Positions 28,401-43,100 of a stretch of 64,000 nucleotides of DNA are shown here, one piece after another (within the stretch, counting starts at the first letter, position 1; every line of letters starts with the position of its first letter). The notes below the pieces were generated by a model. The model did not search any database, was not told where the DNA came from, and saw nothing but the letters and a program-made list of their open reading frames with translations. The DNA lies in the NCBI GenBank assembly GCA_964016885.1, contig OZ024752.1, positions 23,250,001 to 23,314,000 of the forward strand, given 5' to 3'. A program made the position numbers and the translations under genes. Source of the stretch: Eledone cirrhosa. Lineage: Eukaryota.

Positions 28401-31400
28401 TGATGTGCTAACGATGCCATTCTATCTGACGTTCTAGCGACTGTAACTTTATCTGACGTGCTAATGACTGCCATTCTACCTGACGTTCTAGCGACTTTCA
28501 TTCTATGTGACGTTCTAACAACTGTCATTCTATCTGACGTTCTAACGATTGTCATTCTATCTGACGTTCTAACCACCGTCATTCTATCTGAGTTCTACCG
28601 ACTGTCATTCTATCTGACGTCCTAGCGTCTGTCATTGTATCTGACGTTCTAACCAATGTCATTCTATTTGACGTTCTAGCGATTGTCATTTTCTCTGACG
28701 TTCTAGTGACTGTAATTCTATCTGACGTTCTAACGACTGTCATTCTATCTGACGTTCAAGCGACTGTCATTCTATTTCACGTTCTAAAGACTGTCATTCT
28801 ATCTGAAATTCTAGCGACTGTCATTCTATCTGACGTTCTAACAACCGTCATTCTATCTGACGTTCTAATGACTGTCGTTCTATATGACATTCTAGCAACT
28901 GTCATTCTATCTAACGTTCTAACCACTGTCATTCTATCTGACGCTCTAGCGATTGTCATCCTATCTGACGTTCTAACGACTGTCATTCTATCTGACGTTC
29001 TAGCGATTGTCATCCTATCTGACGTTCTAACGACTGTCATTCTATCTGGCGTTCTAATGACTGTCATTCTATCTGACATTATAGCAACTGTCATTCTATC
29101 TAACGTTCTAACCACTGTCATTCTATCTGACGTTCTAGCGATTGTCATCCTATCTGACTTTCTAACGACTGTCATTCTATCTGACGTTCTAACGACTGTC
29201 ATTGTGTCTGACGTTCTAGCGATTGTCATCCTATCTGACGTTCTAACGACTGTCATTCTATCTGACGTACTAATGACTGTCATTCTATCTGACATTCTAG
29301 CAACTGTCATTCTATCTAACGTTCTAACAACTGTCATTCTATCTGACATTCTAGCGACTGTCATTCTACCTGACGTTCTAACAACTGTCATTCTATCTGA
29401 CGTTCTAATGACTGTCATTCTATCTGACATTCTAGCAACTGTCATTCTATCTAACATTCTAACCACTGTCATTCTATCTGATGTTCTAGCGACTGTCATT
29501 CTATCTGCCGTTCTAACGACTGTCATTCTATCTGATGTTCTAACGACTGTCATTCTATCTGACGCTCTAGCAATTGTCATCCTATCTGACGTTCTAACGA
29601 CTGTCATTCTATCTGACGTTCTAACGACTGTCATTCTATCTGACGTCCTAGCGACTGTCATTCTATCTAACGTTCTAACCACTGTCATTCTATCTGAGTT
29701 CTAACGACTGTCATTCTATATGACGTCATAGCGACTGTCATTCTATCTGACCTTCTATCCACTGTCTTTCTATCTGACGTTCTAGCGACTGTCATTTTCT
29801 CTGACGTTCCAGCGACTGTCATTCTATCTGACGTTCTAACGACTGTCATTCTATCTGATGTTCTAACAACTGTCATTCTATCTGACATTCTAGCAACTGT
29901 CAATCTGTCTAACGTTCTAACAACTGTCATTCTATCTGACGTTCTAGCGACTGTCATTCTATCTTAGTTCTAATGACTGTCATTCTATCTGACGTCCTAG
30001 CGACTGTCATCCTATATGATTTTCTAACGACTGTCATTCTATCTGACGTGCTAACGATGCCATTCAATCTGACGTTCTAACGACTGTCATTTTATCTGAT
30101 GTGCTAACGATGCCATTCAATCTGACGTTCTAGCGACTGTAACTTTATCTGACGTGCTAACGACTGCAATTCTACCTGACGTTCTTACAACTGTCATTCT
30201 ATCTGACGTTCTAACGATTGTCATTCTATCTGACGTTCTAACCATTGTCATTCTATCTGACGTTCTAGCGACTGTCATTCTATCTGACATTCTAACGACT
30301 GTCATTCTATCTGACGTTCTAGCGACAGTCATTCTACCTGACGTTCTAGGGACTGTCATTCTATCTTAAGTTCTAACGACTGTCATTTTATCTGATGTGC
30401 TAACGATGCCATTCTATCTGACGTTCTAGCGACTGTAACTTTATCTGACGTGCTAACGACTGCCATTCTACCTAACGTTCTAGCGACTGTCATTCTATTT
30501 GACGTTCTATCGACTGTCATTCTATCTGTCGTTCTAACCACTGTCATTCTATCTGACGTTCTAGCGACTGTCATTCTATTTGATGTTCTAACGACTGTCA
30601 TTCTATCTGCCGTTCTAACGACTGTCGTTCTATCTGAAGTTCTAACGACTGTCATTTTATCTGATGTGCTAACGATGCCATTCTATCTGACGTTCTAACG
30701 ACTGTCATTCTATCTGACGTTCTAATGACTGTCATTCTATCTGACAATCTAGCAACTGTCAATCTATCTAACGTTCTAACAACTGTCATTCTATCTGACA
30801 TTCTAGCGACTGTCATTCTATCTGACGTTCTAACGACTGTCATTCTATCTGACGTTCTAACAACTGTCATTCTATCTGACGTTCTAACGACTGTCATTCT
30901 ATCTGATGTTCTAACGATTGTCATTCTATCTGACATTCTAGCAACTGTCATTCTATCTAACGTTCTAAAAACTGTCATTCTATCTGACGTTCTAGCGACT
31001 GTCATTCTATCTGACGTTCTAGCGACTGTCATTCTATCTGACGTTCTAAGAACTGTCATTCTATCTAACGTTCTAAGGACTGTCATTATATCTGACGTTC
31101 TAGAGACTGTCATTCTATCTGACGTTCTAACGACTGTCATTCTATCTGACGTTCTAACAACTGTCATTCTATCTAACGTTCTAACGACTGTCATTATATC
31201 TGACGTTCTAGCGACTGTCTTACTATCTGACATTCTAACCACTGTCATTCTATCTGACGTTCTAGCAACTGTCATCCTACGTGACCCTCTAGCGACTGTC
31301 ATTCTATCTAACGTTCTAACCCCTGTCATTCTATCTGACGTTCTAGCGACAGTCATTCTATCTGACGTTCTAACAACTGTCATTCTATCTGACGTTCTAA

Positions 31401-34400
31401 CGACTGTCATTCTATCTGACGTTCAAGCGACTGTCATTCTATTTCACGTTATAAAGACAGTCATTCTATCTGACATTCCAGCGATTGTCATTCTATCTGA
31501 CGTTCTAACAACTGTCATTCTATCTGACGTTCTAATGACTGTCATTCTATCTTACGTTCTAACAATTGTCATTCTATCTGACGTTCTAACGACTGTCATT
31601 CTATCTGATGTTCTAACGACTGTCATTCTATCTGACGTTCTAGCGACTGTCATTCTATCTTAGTTCTAATGACTGTCATTCTATCTGACGTCCTAGCGAC
31701 TGTCATCCTATATGATTTTCTAACGACTGTCATTCTATCTGACGTTCTAACGACTGTCATTCTATCTGACGTTCTAGCGATTGTCATCCTATCTGACGTT
31801 CTAACGACTGTCATTCTATCTGGCGTTCTAATGACTGTCATTCTATCTGACATTATAGCAACTGTCATTCTATCTAACGTTCTAACCACTGTCATTCTAT
31901 CTGACATTCTAACGACTGTCATTCTATCTGACGTTCTAGCGATTGTCATCCTATCTGACTTTCTAACGACTGTCATTCTATCTGACGTTCTAACGACTGT
32001 CATTCTGTCTGACGTTCTAGCTATTGTCATCCTATCTGACGTTCTAACGACTGTCATTCTATCTGACGTACTAATGACTGTCATTCTATCTGACATTCTA
32101 GCAACTGTCATTCTATCTAACGTTCTAACAACTGTCATTCTATCTGACATTCTAGCGACTGTCATTCTACCTGACGTTCTAACAACTGTCATTCTATCTG
32201 ACGTTCTAATGACTGTCATTCTATCTGACATTCTAGCAACTGTCATTCTATCTAACGTTCTAACCACTGTCATTCTATCTGATGTTCTAGCGACTGTCAT
32301 TCCATCTGACGTTCTAACGACTGTCATTCTATCTGCCGTTCTAACGACTGTCATTCTATCTGATGTTCTAACGACTGTCATTCTATCTGACGTTCTAACA
32401 ACTGTCATTCTATCTGACGTTCTAACCACTGTCATTCTATCTGACGCTCTAGCGATTGTCATCCTATCTGACGTTCTAACGACTGTCATTCTATCTGACG
32501 TTCTAACGACTGTCATTCTATCTGACGTCCTAGCGACTGTCATTCTATCTAACGTTCTAACCACTGTCATTCTATCTGAGTTCTAACGACTGTCATTCTA
32601 TATGACGTCATAGCGACTGTCATTCTATCTGACGTTCTATCCACTGTCTTTCTATCTGACGTTCTAGCGACTGTCATTTTCTCTGACGTTCCAGCGACTG
32701 TCATTCTATCTGACGTTCTAACGACTGTCATTCTATCTGATGTTCTAACAACTGTCATTCTATCTGTCATTCTAGCAACTGTCAATCTATCTAACGTTCT
32801 AACAACTGTCATTCTATCTGACGTTCTAGCGACTGTCATTCAATCTGACGTTCTAACGACTGTCATTCTATCTGACGTTCTAATAACTGTCATTCTATCT
32901 AACGTTCTAACGACTGTCATTCTATTTGATGTTCTAGCAACTGTCATTCTACCTGACGTTCTAACGACTGTCATTTTATCTGATGTGCTAACGATGCCAT
33001 TCAATCTGACGTTCAAGCGACTGTAACTTTATCTGACGTGCTAACGACTGCCATTCTACCTGACGTTCTTACAACTGTCATTCTATCTGACGTTCTAACG
33101 ATTGTCATTCTATCTGACGTTCTAACCATTGTCATTCTATCTGACGTTCTAGCGACTGTCATTCTATCTGACATTCTAACGACTGTCATTCTATCTGACG
33201 TTCTAGCGACAGTCATTCTACCTGACGTTCTAGGGACTGTCATTCTATCTTAAGTTCTAACGACTGTCATTTTATCTGATGTGCTAACGATGCCATTCTA
33301 TCTGACGTTCTAGCGACTGTAACTTTATCTGACGTGCTAACGACTGCCATTCTACCTAACGTTCTAGCGACTGGCATTCTATTTGACGTTCTAACGACTG
33401 TCATTCTATCTGTCGTTCTAACCACTGTCATTCTATCTGACGTTCTAGCGACTGTCATTCTATTTGATGTTCTAACGACTGTCATTCTATCTGCCGTTCT
33501 AACGACTGTCGTTCTATCTGAAGTTCTAACGACTGTCATTTTATCTGATGTGCTAACGATGCCATTCTATCTGACGTTCTAACGACTGTCATTCTATCTG
33601 ACGTTCTAATGACTGTCATTCTATCTGACAATCTAGCAACTGTCAATCTATCTAACGTTCTAACAACTGTCATTCTATCTGACATTCTAGCGACTGTCAT
33701 TATATCTGACGTTCTAACGACTGTCATTCTATCTGACGTTCTAACAACTGTCATTCTATCTGACGTTCTAACGACTGTCATTCTATCTGATGTTCTAACG
33801 ATTGTCATTCTATCTGACATTCTAGCAACTGTCATTCTATCTAACGTTCTAAAAACTGTCATTCTATCTGACGTTCTAGCGACTGTCATTCTATCTGACG
33901 TTCTAGCGACTGTCATTCTATCTGACGTTCTAAGAACTGTCATTCTATCTAACGTTCTAAGGACTGTCATTATATCTGACGTTCTAGAGACTGTCATTCT
34001 ATCTGACGTTCTAACGACTGTCATTCTATCTGACGTTCTAACAACTGTCATTCTATCTAACGTTCTAACGACTGTCATTATATCTGACGTTCTAGCGACT
34101 GTCTTTCTATCTGACATTCTAACCACTGTCATTCTATCTGACGTTCTAGCAACTGTCATCCTACGTGACCCTCTAGCGACTGTCATTCTATCTAACGTTC
34201 TAACCCCTGTCATTCTATCTGACGTTCTAGCGACAGTCATTCTATCTGACGTTCTAACAACTGTCATTCTATCTGACGTTCTAACGACTGTCATTCTATC
34301 TGACGTTCAAGCGACTGTCATTCTATTTCACGTTATAAAGACTGTCATTCTATCTGACATTCTAGCGATTGTCATTCTATCTGACGTTCTAACAACTGTC

Positions 34401-37400
34401 ATTCTATCTGACGTTCTAATGACTGTCATTCTATCTTACGTTCTAACAATTGTCATTCTATCTGACGTTCTAACGACTGTCATTCTATCTGATGTTCTAA
34501 CGACTGTCATTCTATCTGACGTTCTAGCGACTGTCATTCTATCTTAGTTCTAATGACTGTCATTCTATCTGACGTCCTAGCGACTGTCATCCTATATGAT
34601 TTTCTAACGACTGTCATTCTATCTGACGTTCTAACGACTGTCATTCTATCTGACGTTCTAGCGATTGTCATCCTATCTGACGTTCTAACGACTGTCATTC
34701 TATCTGGCGTTCTAATGACTGTCATTCTATCTGACATTATAGCAACTGTCATTCTATCTAACGTTCTAACAACTGTCATTCTATCTGACATTCTAGCGAC
34801 TGTCATTCTATCTGACGTTCTAACGACTGTCATTCTATCTGACGTTCTAACAACTGTCATTCTATCTGACGTTCTAACGACTGTCATCCTATCTGATGTT
34901 CTAACGATTGTCATTCTATCTGTCATTCTATCTGACATTCTAGCAACTGTCATTCTATCTAACGTTCTAAAAACTGTCATTCTATCTGACGTTCTAGCGA
35001 CTGTCATTCTATCTGACGTTCTAGCGACTGTCATTCTATCTGACGTTCTAGCGACTGTCTTTCTATCTGACATTCTAACCACTGTCATTCTATCTGACGT
35101 TCTAGCAACTGTCATCCTACGTGACCCTCTAGCGACTGTCATTCTATCTAACGTTCTAACCCCTGTCATTCTATCTGACGTTCTAGCGACAGTCATTCTA
35201 TCTGACGTTCTAACAACTGTCATTCTATCTGACGTTCTAACGACTGTCATTCTATCTGACGTTCAAGCGACTGTCATTCTATTTCACGTTATAAAGACTG
35301 TCATTCTATCTGACATTCTAGCGATTGTCATTCTATCTGACGTTCTAACAACTGTCATTCTATCTGACGTTCTAATGACTGTCATTCTATCTTACGTTCT
35401 AACAATTGTCATTCTATCTGACGTTCTAACGACTGTCATTCTATCTGATGTTCTAACGACTGTCATTCTATCTGACGTTCTAGCGACTGTCATTCTATCT
35501 TAGTTCTAATGACTGTCATTCTATCTGACGTCCTAGCGACTGTCATCCTATATGATTTTCTAACGACTGTCATTCTATCTGACGTTCTAACGACTGTCAT
35601 TCTATCTGACGTTCTAGCGATTGTCATCCTATCTGACGTTCTAACGACTGTCATTCTATCTGGCGTTCTAATGACTGTCATTCTATCTGACATTATAGCA
35701 ACTGTCATTCTATCTAACGTTCTAACCACTGTCATTCTATCTGACATTCTAACGACTGTCATTCTATCTGACGTTCTAGCGATTGTCATCCTATCTGACT
35801 TTCTAACGACTGTCATTCTATCTGACGTTCTAACGACTGTCATTCTGTCTGACGTTCTAGCTATTGTCATCCTATCTGACGTTCTAACGACTGTCATTCT
35901 ATCTGACGTACTAATGACTGTCATTCTATCTGACATTCTAGCAACTGTCATTCTATCTAACGTTCTAACAACTGTCATTCTATCTGACATTCTAGCGACT
36001 GTCATTCTACCTGACGTTCTAACAACTGTCATTCTATCTGACGTTCTAATGACTGTCATTCTATCTGACATTCTAGCAACTGTCATTCTATCTAACGTTC
36101 TAACCACTGTCATTCTATCTGATGTTCTAGCGACTGTCATTCCATCTGACGTTCTAACGACTGTCATTCTATCTGCCGTTCTAACGACTGTCATTCTATC
36201 TGATGTTCTAACGACTGTCATTCTATCTGACGTTCTAACAACTGTCATTCTATCTGACGTTCTAACCACTGTCATTCTATCTGACGCTCTAGCGATTGTC
36301 ATCCTATCTGACGTTCTAACGACTGTCATTCTATCTGACGTTCTAACGACTGTCATTCTATCTGACGTCCTAGCGACTGTCATTCTATCTAACGTTCTAA
36401 CCACTGTCATTCTATCTGAGTTCTAACGACTGTCATTCTATATGACGTCATAGCGACTGTCATTCTATCTGACGTTCTATCCACTGTCTTTCTATCTGAC
36501 GTTCTAGCGACTGTCATTTTCTCTGACGTTCCAGCGACTGTCATTCTATCTGACGTTCTAACGACTGTCATTCTATCTGATGTTCTAACAACTGTCATTC
36601 TATCTGTCATTCTAGCAACTGTCAATCTATCTAACGTTCTAACAACTGTCATTCTATCTGACGTTCTAGCGACTGTCATTCAATCTGACGTTCTAACGAC
36701 TGTCATTCTATCTGACGTTCTAATAACTGTCATTCTATCTAACGTTCTAACGACTGTCATTCTATTTGATGTTCTAGCAACTGTCATTCTACCTGACGTT
36801 CTAACGACTGTCATTTTATCTGATGTGCTAACGATGCCATTCAATCTGACGTTCTAGCGACTGTAACTTTATCTGACGTGCTAACGACTGCCATTCTACC
36901 TGACGTTCTTACAACTGTCATTCTATCTGACGTTCTAACGATTGTCATTCTATCTGACGTTCTAACCATTGTCATTCTATCTGACGTTCTAGCGACTGTC
37001 ATTCTATCTGACATTCTAACGACTGTCATTCTATCTGACGTTCTAGCGACAGTCATTCTACCTGACGTTCTAGGGACTGTCATTCTATCTTAAGTTCTAA
37101 CGACTGTCATTTTATCTGATGTGCTAACGATGCCATTCTATCTGACGTTCTAGCGACTGTAACTTTATCTGACGTGCTAACGACTGCCATTCTACCTAAC
37201 GTTCTAGCGACTGGCATTCTATTTGACGTTCTAACGACTGTCATTCTATCTGTCGTTCTAACCACTGTCATTCTATCTGACGTTCTAGCGACTGTCATTC
37301 TATTTGATGTTCTAACGACTGTCATTCTATCTGCCGTTCTAACGACTGTCGTTCTATCTGAAGTTCTAACGACTGTCATTTTATCTGATGTGCTAACGAT

Positions 37401-40400
37401 GCCATTCTATCTGACGTTCTAACGACTGTCATTCTATCTGACGTTCTAATGACTGTCATTCTATCTGACAATCTAGCAACTGTCAATCTATCTAACGTTC
37501 TAACAACTGTCATTCTATCTGACATTCTAGCGACTGTCATTCTATCTGACGTTCTAACGACTGTCATTCTATCTGACGTTCTAACAACTGTCATTCTATC
37601 TGACGTTCTAACGACTGTCATTCTATCTGATGTTCTAACGATTGTCATTCTATCTGACATTCTAGCAACTGTCATTCTATCTAACGTTCTAAAAACTGTC
37701 ATTCTATCTGACGTTCTAGCGACTGTCATTCTATCTGACGTTCTAGCGACTGTCATTCTATCTGATGTTCTAAGAACTGTCATTCTATCTAACGTTCTAA
37801 GGACTGTCATTATATCTGACGTTCTAGAGACTGTCATTCTATCTGACGTTCTAACGACTGTCATTCTATCTGACGTTCTAACAACTGTCATTCTATCTAA
37901 CGTTCTAACGACTGTCATTATATCTGACGTTCTAGCGACTGTCTTTCTATCTGACATTCTAACCACTGTCATTCTATCTGACGTTCTAGCAACTGTCATC
38001 CTACGTGACCCTCTAGCGACTGTCATTCTATCTAACGTTCTAACCCCTGTCATTCTATCTGACGTTCTAGCGACAGTCATTCTATCTGACGTTCTAACAA
38101 CTGTCATTCTATCTGACGTTCTAACGACTGTCATTCTATCTGACGTTCAAGCGACTGTCATTCTATTTCACGTTATAAAGACTGTCATTCTATCTGACAT
38201 TCTAGCGATTGTCATTCTATCTGACGTTCTAACAACTGTCATTCTATCTGACGTTCTAATGACTGTCATTCTATCTTACGTTCTAACAATTGTCATTCTA
38301 TCTGACGTTCTAACGACTGTCATTCTATCTGATGTTCTAACGACTGTCATTCTATCTGACGTTCTAGCGACTGTCATTCTATCTTAGTTCTAATGACTGT
38401 CATTCTATCTGACGTCCTAGCGACTGTCATCCTATATGATTTTCTAACGACTGTCATTCTATCTGACGTTCTAACGACTGTCATTCTATCTGACGTTCTA
38501 GCGATTGTCATCCTATCTGACGTTCTAACGACTGTCATTCTATCTGGCGTTCTAATGACTGTCATTCTATCTGACATTATAGCAACTGTCATTCTATCTA
38601 ACGTTCTAACAACTGTCATTCTATCTGACATTCTAGCGACTGTCATTCTATCTGACGTTCTAACGACTGTCATTCTATCTGCCGTTCTAACGACTGTCAT
38701 TCTATCTGATGTTCTAACGACTGTCATTCTATCTGACGTTCTAACAACTGTCATTCTATCTGACGTTCTAACCACTGTCATTCTATCTGACGCTCTAGCG
38801 ATTGTCATCCTATCTGACGTTCTAACGACTGTCATTCTATCTGACGTTCTAACGACTGTCATTCTATCTGACGTCCTAGCGACTGTCATTCTATCTAACG
38901 TTCTAACCACTGTCATTCTATCTGAGTTCTAACGACTGTCATTCTATATGACGTCATAGCGACTGTCATTCTATCTGACGTTCTATCCACTGTCTTTCTA
39001 TCTGACGTTCTAGCGACTGTCATTTTCTCTGACGTTCCAGCGACTGTCATTCTATCTGACGTTCTAACGACTGTCATTCTATCTGATGTTCTAACAACTG
39101 TCATTCTATCTGTCATTCTAGCAACTGTCAATCTATCTAACGTTCTAACAACTGTCATTCTATCTGACGTTCTAGCGACTGTCATTCAATCTGACGTTCT
39201 AACGACTGTCATTCTATCTGACGTTCTAATAACTGTCATTCTATCTAACGTTCTAACGACTGTCATTCTATTTGATGTTCTAGCAACTGTCATTCTACCT
39301 GACGTTCTAACGACTGTCATTTTATCTGATGTGCTAACGATGCCATTCAATCTGACGTTCTAGCGACTGTAACTTTATCTGACGTGCTAACGACTGCCAT
39401 TCTACCTGACGTTCTTACAACTGTCATTCTATCTGACGTTCTAACGATTGTCATTCTATCTGACGTTCTAACCATTGTCATTCTATCTGACGTTCTAGCG
39501 ACTGTCATTCTATCTGACATTCTAACGACTGTCATTCTATCTGACGTTCTAGCGACAGTCATTCTACCTGACGTTCTAGGGACTGTCATTCTATCTTAAG
39601 TTCTAACGACTGTCATTTTATCTGATGTGCTAACGATGCCATTCTATCTGACGTTCTAGCGACTGTAACTTTATCTGACGTGCTAACGACTGCCATTCTA
39701 CCTAACGTTCTAGCGACTGGCATTCTATTTGAGGTTCTAACGACTGTCATTCTATCTGTCGTTCTAACCACTGTCATTCTATCTGACGTTCTAGCGACTG
39801 TCATTCTATTTGATGTTCTAACGACTGTCATTCTATCTGCCGTTCTAACGACTGTCGTTCTATCTGAAGTTCTAACGACTGTCATTTTATCTGATGTGCT
39901 AACGATGCCATTCTATCTGACGTTCTAACGACTGTCATTCTATCTGACGTTCTAATGACTGTCATTCTATCTGACAATCTAGCAACTGTCAATCTATCTA
40001 ACGTTCTAACAACTGTCATTCTATCTGACATTCTAGCGACTGTCATTCTATCTGACGTTCTAACGACTGTCATTCTATCTGACGTTCTAACAACTGTCAT
40101 TCTATCTGACGTTCTAACGACTGTCATTCTATCTGATGTTCTAACGATTGTCATTCTATCTGACATTCTAGCAACTGTCATTCTATCTAACGTTCTAAAA
40201 ACTGTCATTCTATCTGACGTTCTAGCGACTGTCATTCTATCTGACGTTCTAGCGACTGTCATTCTATCTGACGTTCTAAGAACTGTCATTCTATCTAACG
40301 TTCTAAGGACTGTCATTATATCTGACGTTCTAGAGACTGTCATTCTATCTGACGTTCTAACGACTGTCATTCTATCTGACGTTCTAACAACTGTCATTCT

Positions 40401-43100
40401 ATCTAACGTTCTAACGACTGTCATTATATCTGACGTTCTAGCGACTGTCTTTCTATCTGACATTCTAACCACTGTCATTCTATCTGACGTTCTAGCAACT
40501 GTCATCCTACGTGACCCTCTAGCGACTGTCATTCTATCTAACGTTCTAACCCCTGTCATTCTATCTGACGTTCTAGCGACAGTCATTCTATCTGACGTTC
40601 TAACAACTGTCATTCTATCTGACGTTCTAACGACTGTCATTCTATCTGACGTTCAAGCGACTGTCATTCTATTTCACGTTATAAAGACTGTCATTCTATC
40701 TGACATTCTAGCGATTGTCATCCTATCTGACGTTCTAACAACTGTCATTCTATCTGACGTTCTAATGACTGTCATTCTATCTTACGTTCTAACAATTGTC
40801 ATTCTATCTGACGTTCTAACGACTGTCATTCTATCTGATGTTCTAACGACTGTCATTCTATCTGACGTTCTAGCGACTGTCATTCTATCTTAGTTCTAAT
40901 GACTGTCATTCTATCTGACGTCCTAGCGACTGTCATCCTATATGATTTTCTAACGACTGTCATTCTATCTGACGTTCTAACGACTGTCATTCTATCTGAC
41001 GTTCTAGCGATTGTCATCCTATCTGACGTTCTAACGACTGTCATTCTATCTGGCGTTCTAATGACTGTCATTCTATCTGACATTATAGCAACTGTCATTC
41101 TATCTAACGTTCTAACAACTGTCATTCTATCTGACATTCTAGCGACTGTCATTCTATCTGACGTTCTAACGACTGTCATTCTATCTGACGTTCTAACAAC
41201 TGTCATTCTATCTGACGTTCTAACGACTGTCATCCTATCTGATGTTCTAACGATTGTCATTCTATCTGTCATTCTATCTGACATTCTAGCAACTGTCATT
41301 CTATCTAACGTTCTAAAAACTGTCATTCTATCTGACGTTCTAGCGACTGTCATTCTATCTGACGTTCTAGCGACTGTCATTCTATCTGACGTTCTAGCGA
41401 CTGTCATTCTATCTGACGTTCTAACGACTGTCATTCTATCTGACGTTCTAACAACTGTCATTCTATCTAACGTTCTAACGACTGTCATTATATCTGACGT
41501 TCTAGCGACTGTCATTCTATCTGACATTCTAACCACTGTCATTCTATCTGACGTTCTAGCAACTGTCATCCTACGTGACCCTCTAGCGACTGTCATTCTA
41601 TCTGACGTTCTAACCACTGTCATTCTATCTGACATTATAGCAACTGTCATTCTATCTAACGTTCTAACCACTGTCATTCTATCTGACATTCTAACGACTG
41701 TCATTCTATCTGACGTTCTAGCGATTGTCATCCTATCTGACTTTCTAACGACTGTCATTCTATCTGACGTTCTAACGACTGTCATTCTGTCTGACGTTCT
41801 AGCTATTGTCATCCTATCTGACGTTCTAACGACTGTCATTCTATCTGACGTACTAATGACTGTCATTCTATCTGACATTCTAGCAACTGTCATTCTATCT
41901 AACGTTCTAACAACTGTCATTCTATCTGACATTCTAGCGACTGTCATTCTACCTGACGTTCTAACAACTGTCATTCTATCTGACGTTCTAATGACTGTCA
42001 TTCTATCTGACATTCTAGCAACTGTCATTCTATCTAACGTTCTAACCACTGTCATTCTATCTGATGTTCTAGCGACTGTCATTCCATCTGACGTTCTAAC
42101 GACTGTCATTCTATCTGCCGTTCTAACGACTGTCATTCTATCTGATGTTCTAACGACTGTCATTCTATCTGACGTTCTAACAACTGTCATTCTATCTGAC
42201 GTTCTAACCACTGTCATTCTATCTGACGCTCTAGCGATTGTCATCCTATCTGACGTTCTAACGACTGTCATTCTATCTGACGTTCTAACGACTGTCATTC
42301 TATCTGACGTCCTAGCGACTGTCATTCTATCTAACGTTCTAACCACTGTCATTCTATCTGAGTTCTAACGACTGTCATTCTATATGACGTCATAGCGACT
42401 GTCATTCTATCTGACGTTCTATCCACTGTCTTTCTATCTGACGTTCTAGCGACTGTCATTTTCTCTGACGTTCCAGCGACTGTCATTCTATCTGACGTTC
42501 TAACGACTGTCATTCTATCTGATGTTCTAACAACTGTCATTCTATCTGACATTCTAGCAACTGTCAATCTATCTAACGTTCTAACAACTGTCATTCTATC
42601 TGACGTTCTAGCGACTGTCATTCAATCTGACGTTCTAACGACTGTCATTCTATCTGACGTTCTAATAACTGTCATTCTATCTAACGTTCTAACGACTGTC
42701 ATTCTATTTGATGTTCTAGCAACTGTCATTCTACCTGACGTTCTAACGACTGTCATTTTATCTGATGTGCTAACGATGCCATTCAATCTGACGTTCTAGC
42801 GACTGTAACTTTATCTGACGTGCTAACGACTGCCATTCTACCTGACGTTCTTACAACTGTCATTCTATCTGACGTTCTAACGATTGTCATTCTATCTGAC
42901 GTTCTAACCATTGTCATTCTATCTGACGTTCTAGCGACTGTCATTCTATCTGACATTCTAACGACTGTCATTCTATCTGACGTTCTAGCGACAGTCATTC
43001 TACCTGACGTTCTAACAACTGTCATTCTATCTGACGTTCTAACGACTGTCATTCTACCTGACGTTCTAGGGACTGTCATTCTATTTTAAGTTCTAACGAC
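25500..43100 (+). repeat. HOR domain D: six variable-length copies (2.5-4.0 kb, core about 2884 bp)
   Basis: Anchor TATGACGTCATA...CTATCCACTGTCTTT...TTCCAGCG at 25690, 29719, 32601, 36441, 38947 and 42383 (spacings 4029, 2882, 3840, 2506, 3436). The matching 90-aa minus-strand pseudo-ORF recurs six times. Confidence 0.93.

Noticed and set aside
40880-42352. Minus-strand ORFs encoding (RMTVVRTSD)n, up to 490 aa
   Set aside because: Same artefact. An ATG occurs in every monomer, and stops from AGA>TGA and TCA>TAA/TGA plus frameshifts are tolerated and duplicated.
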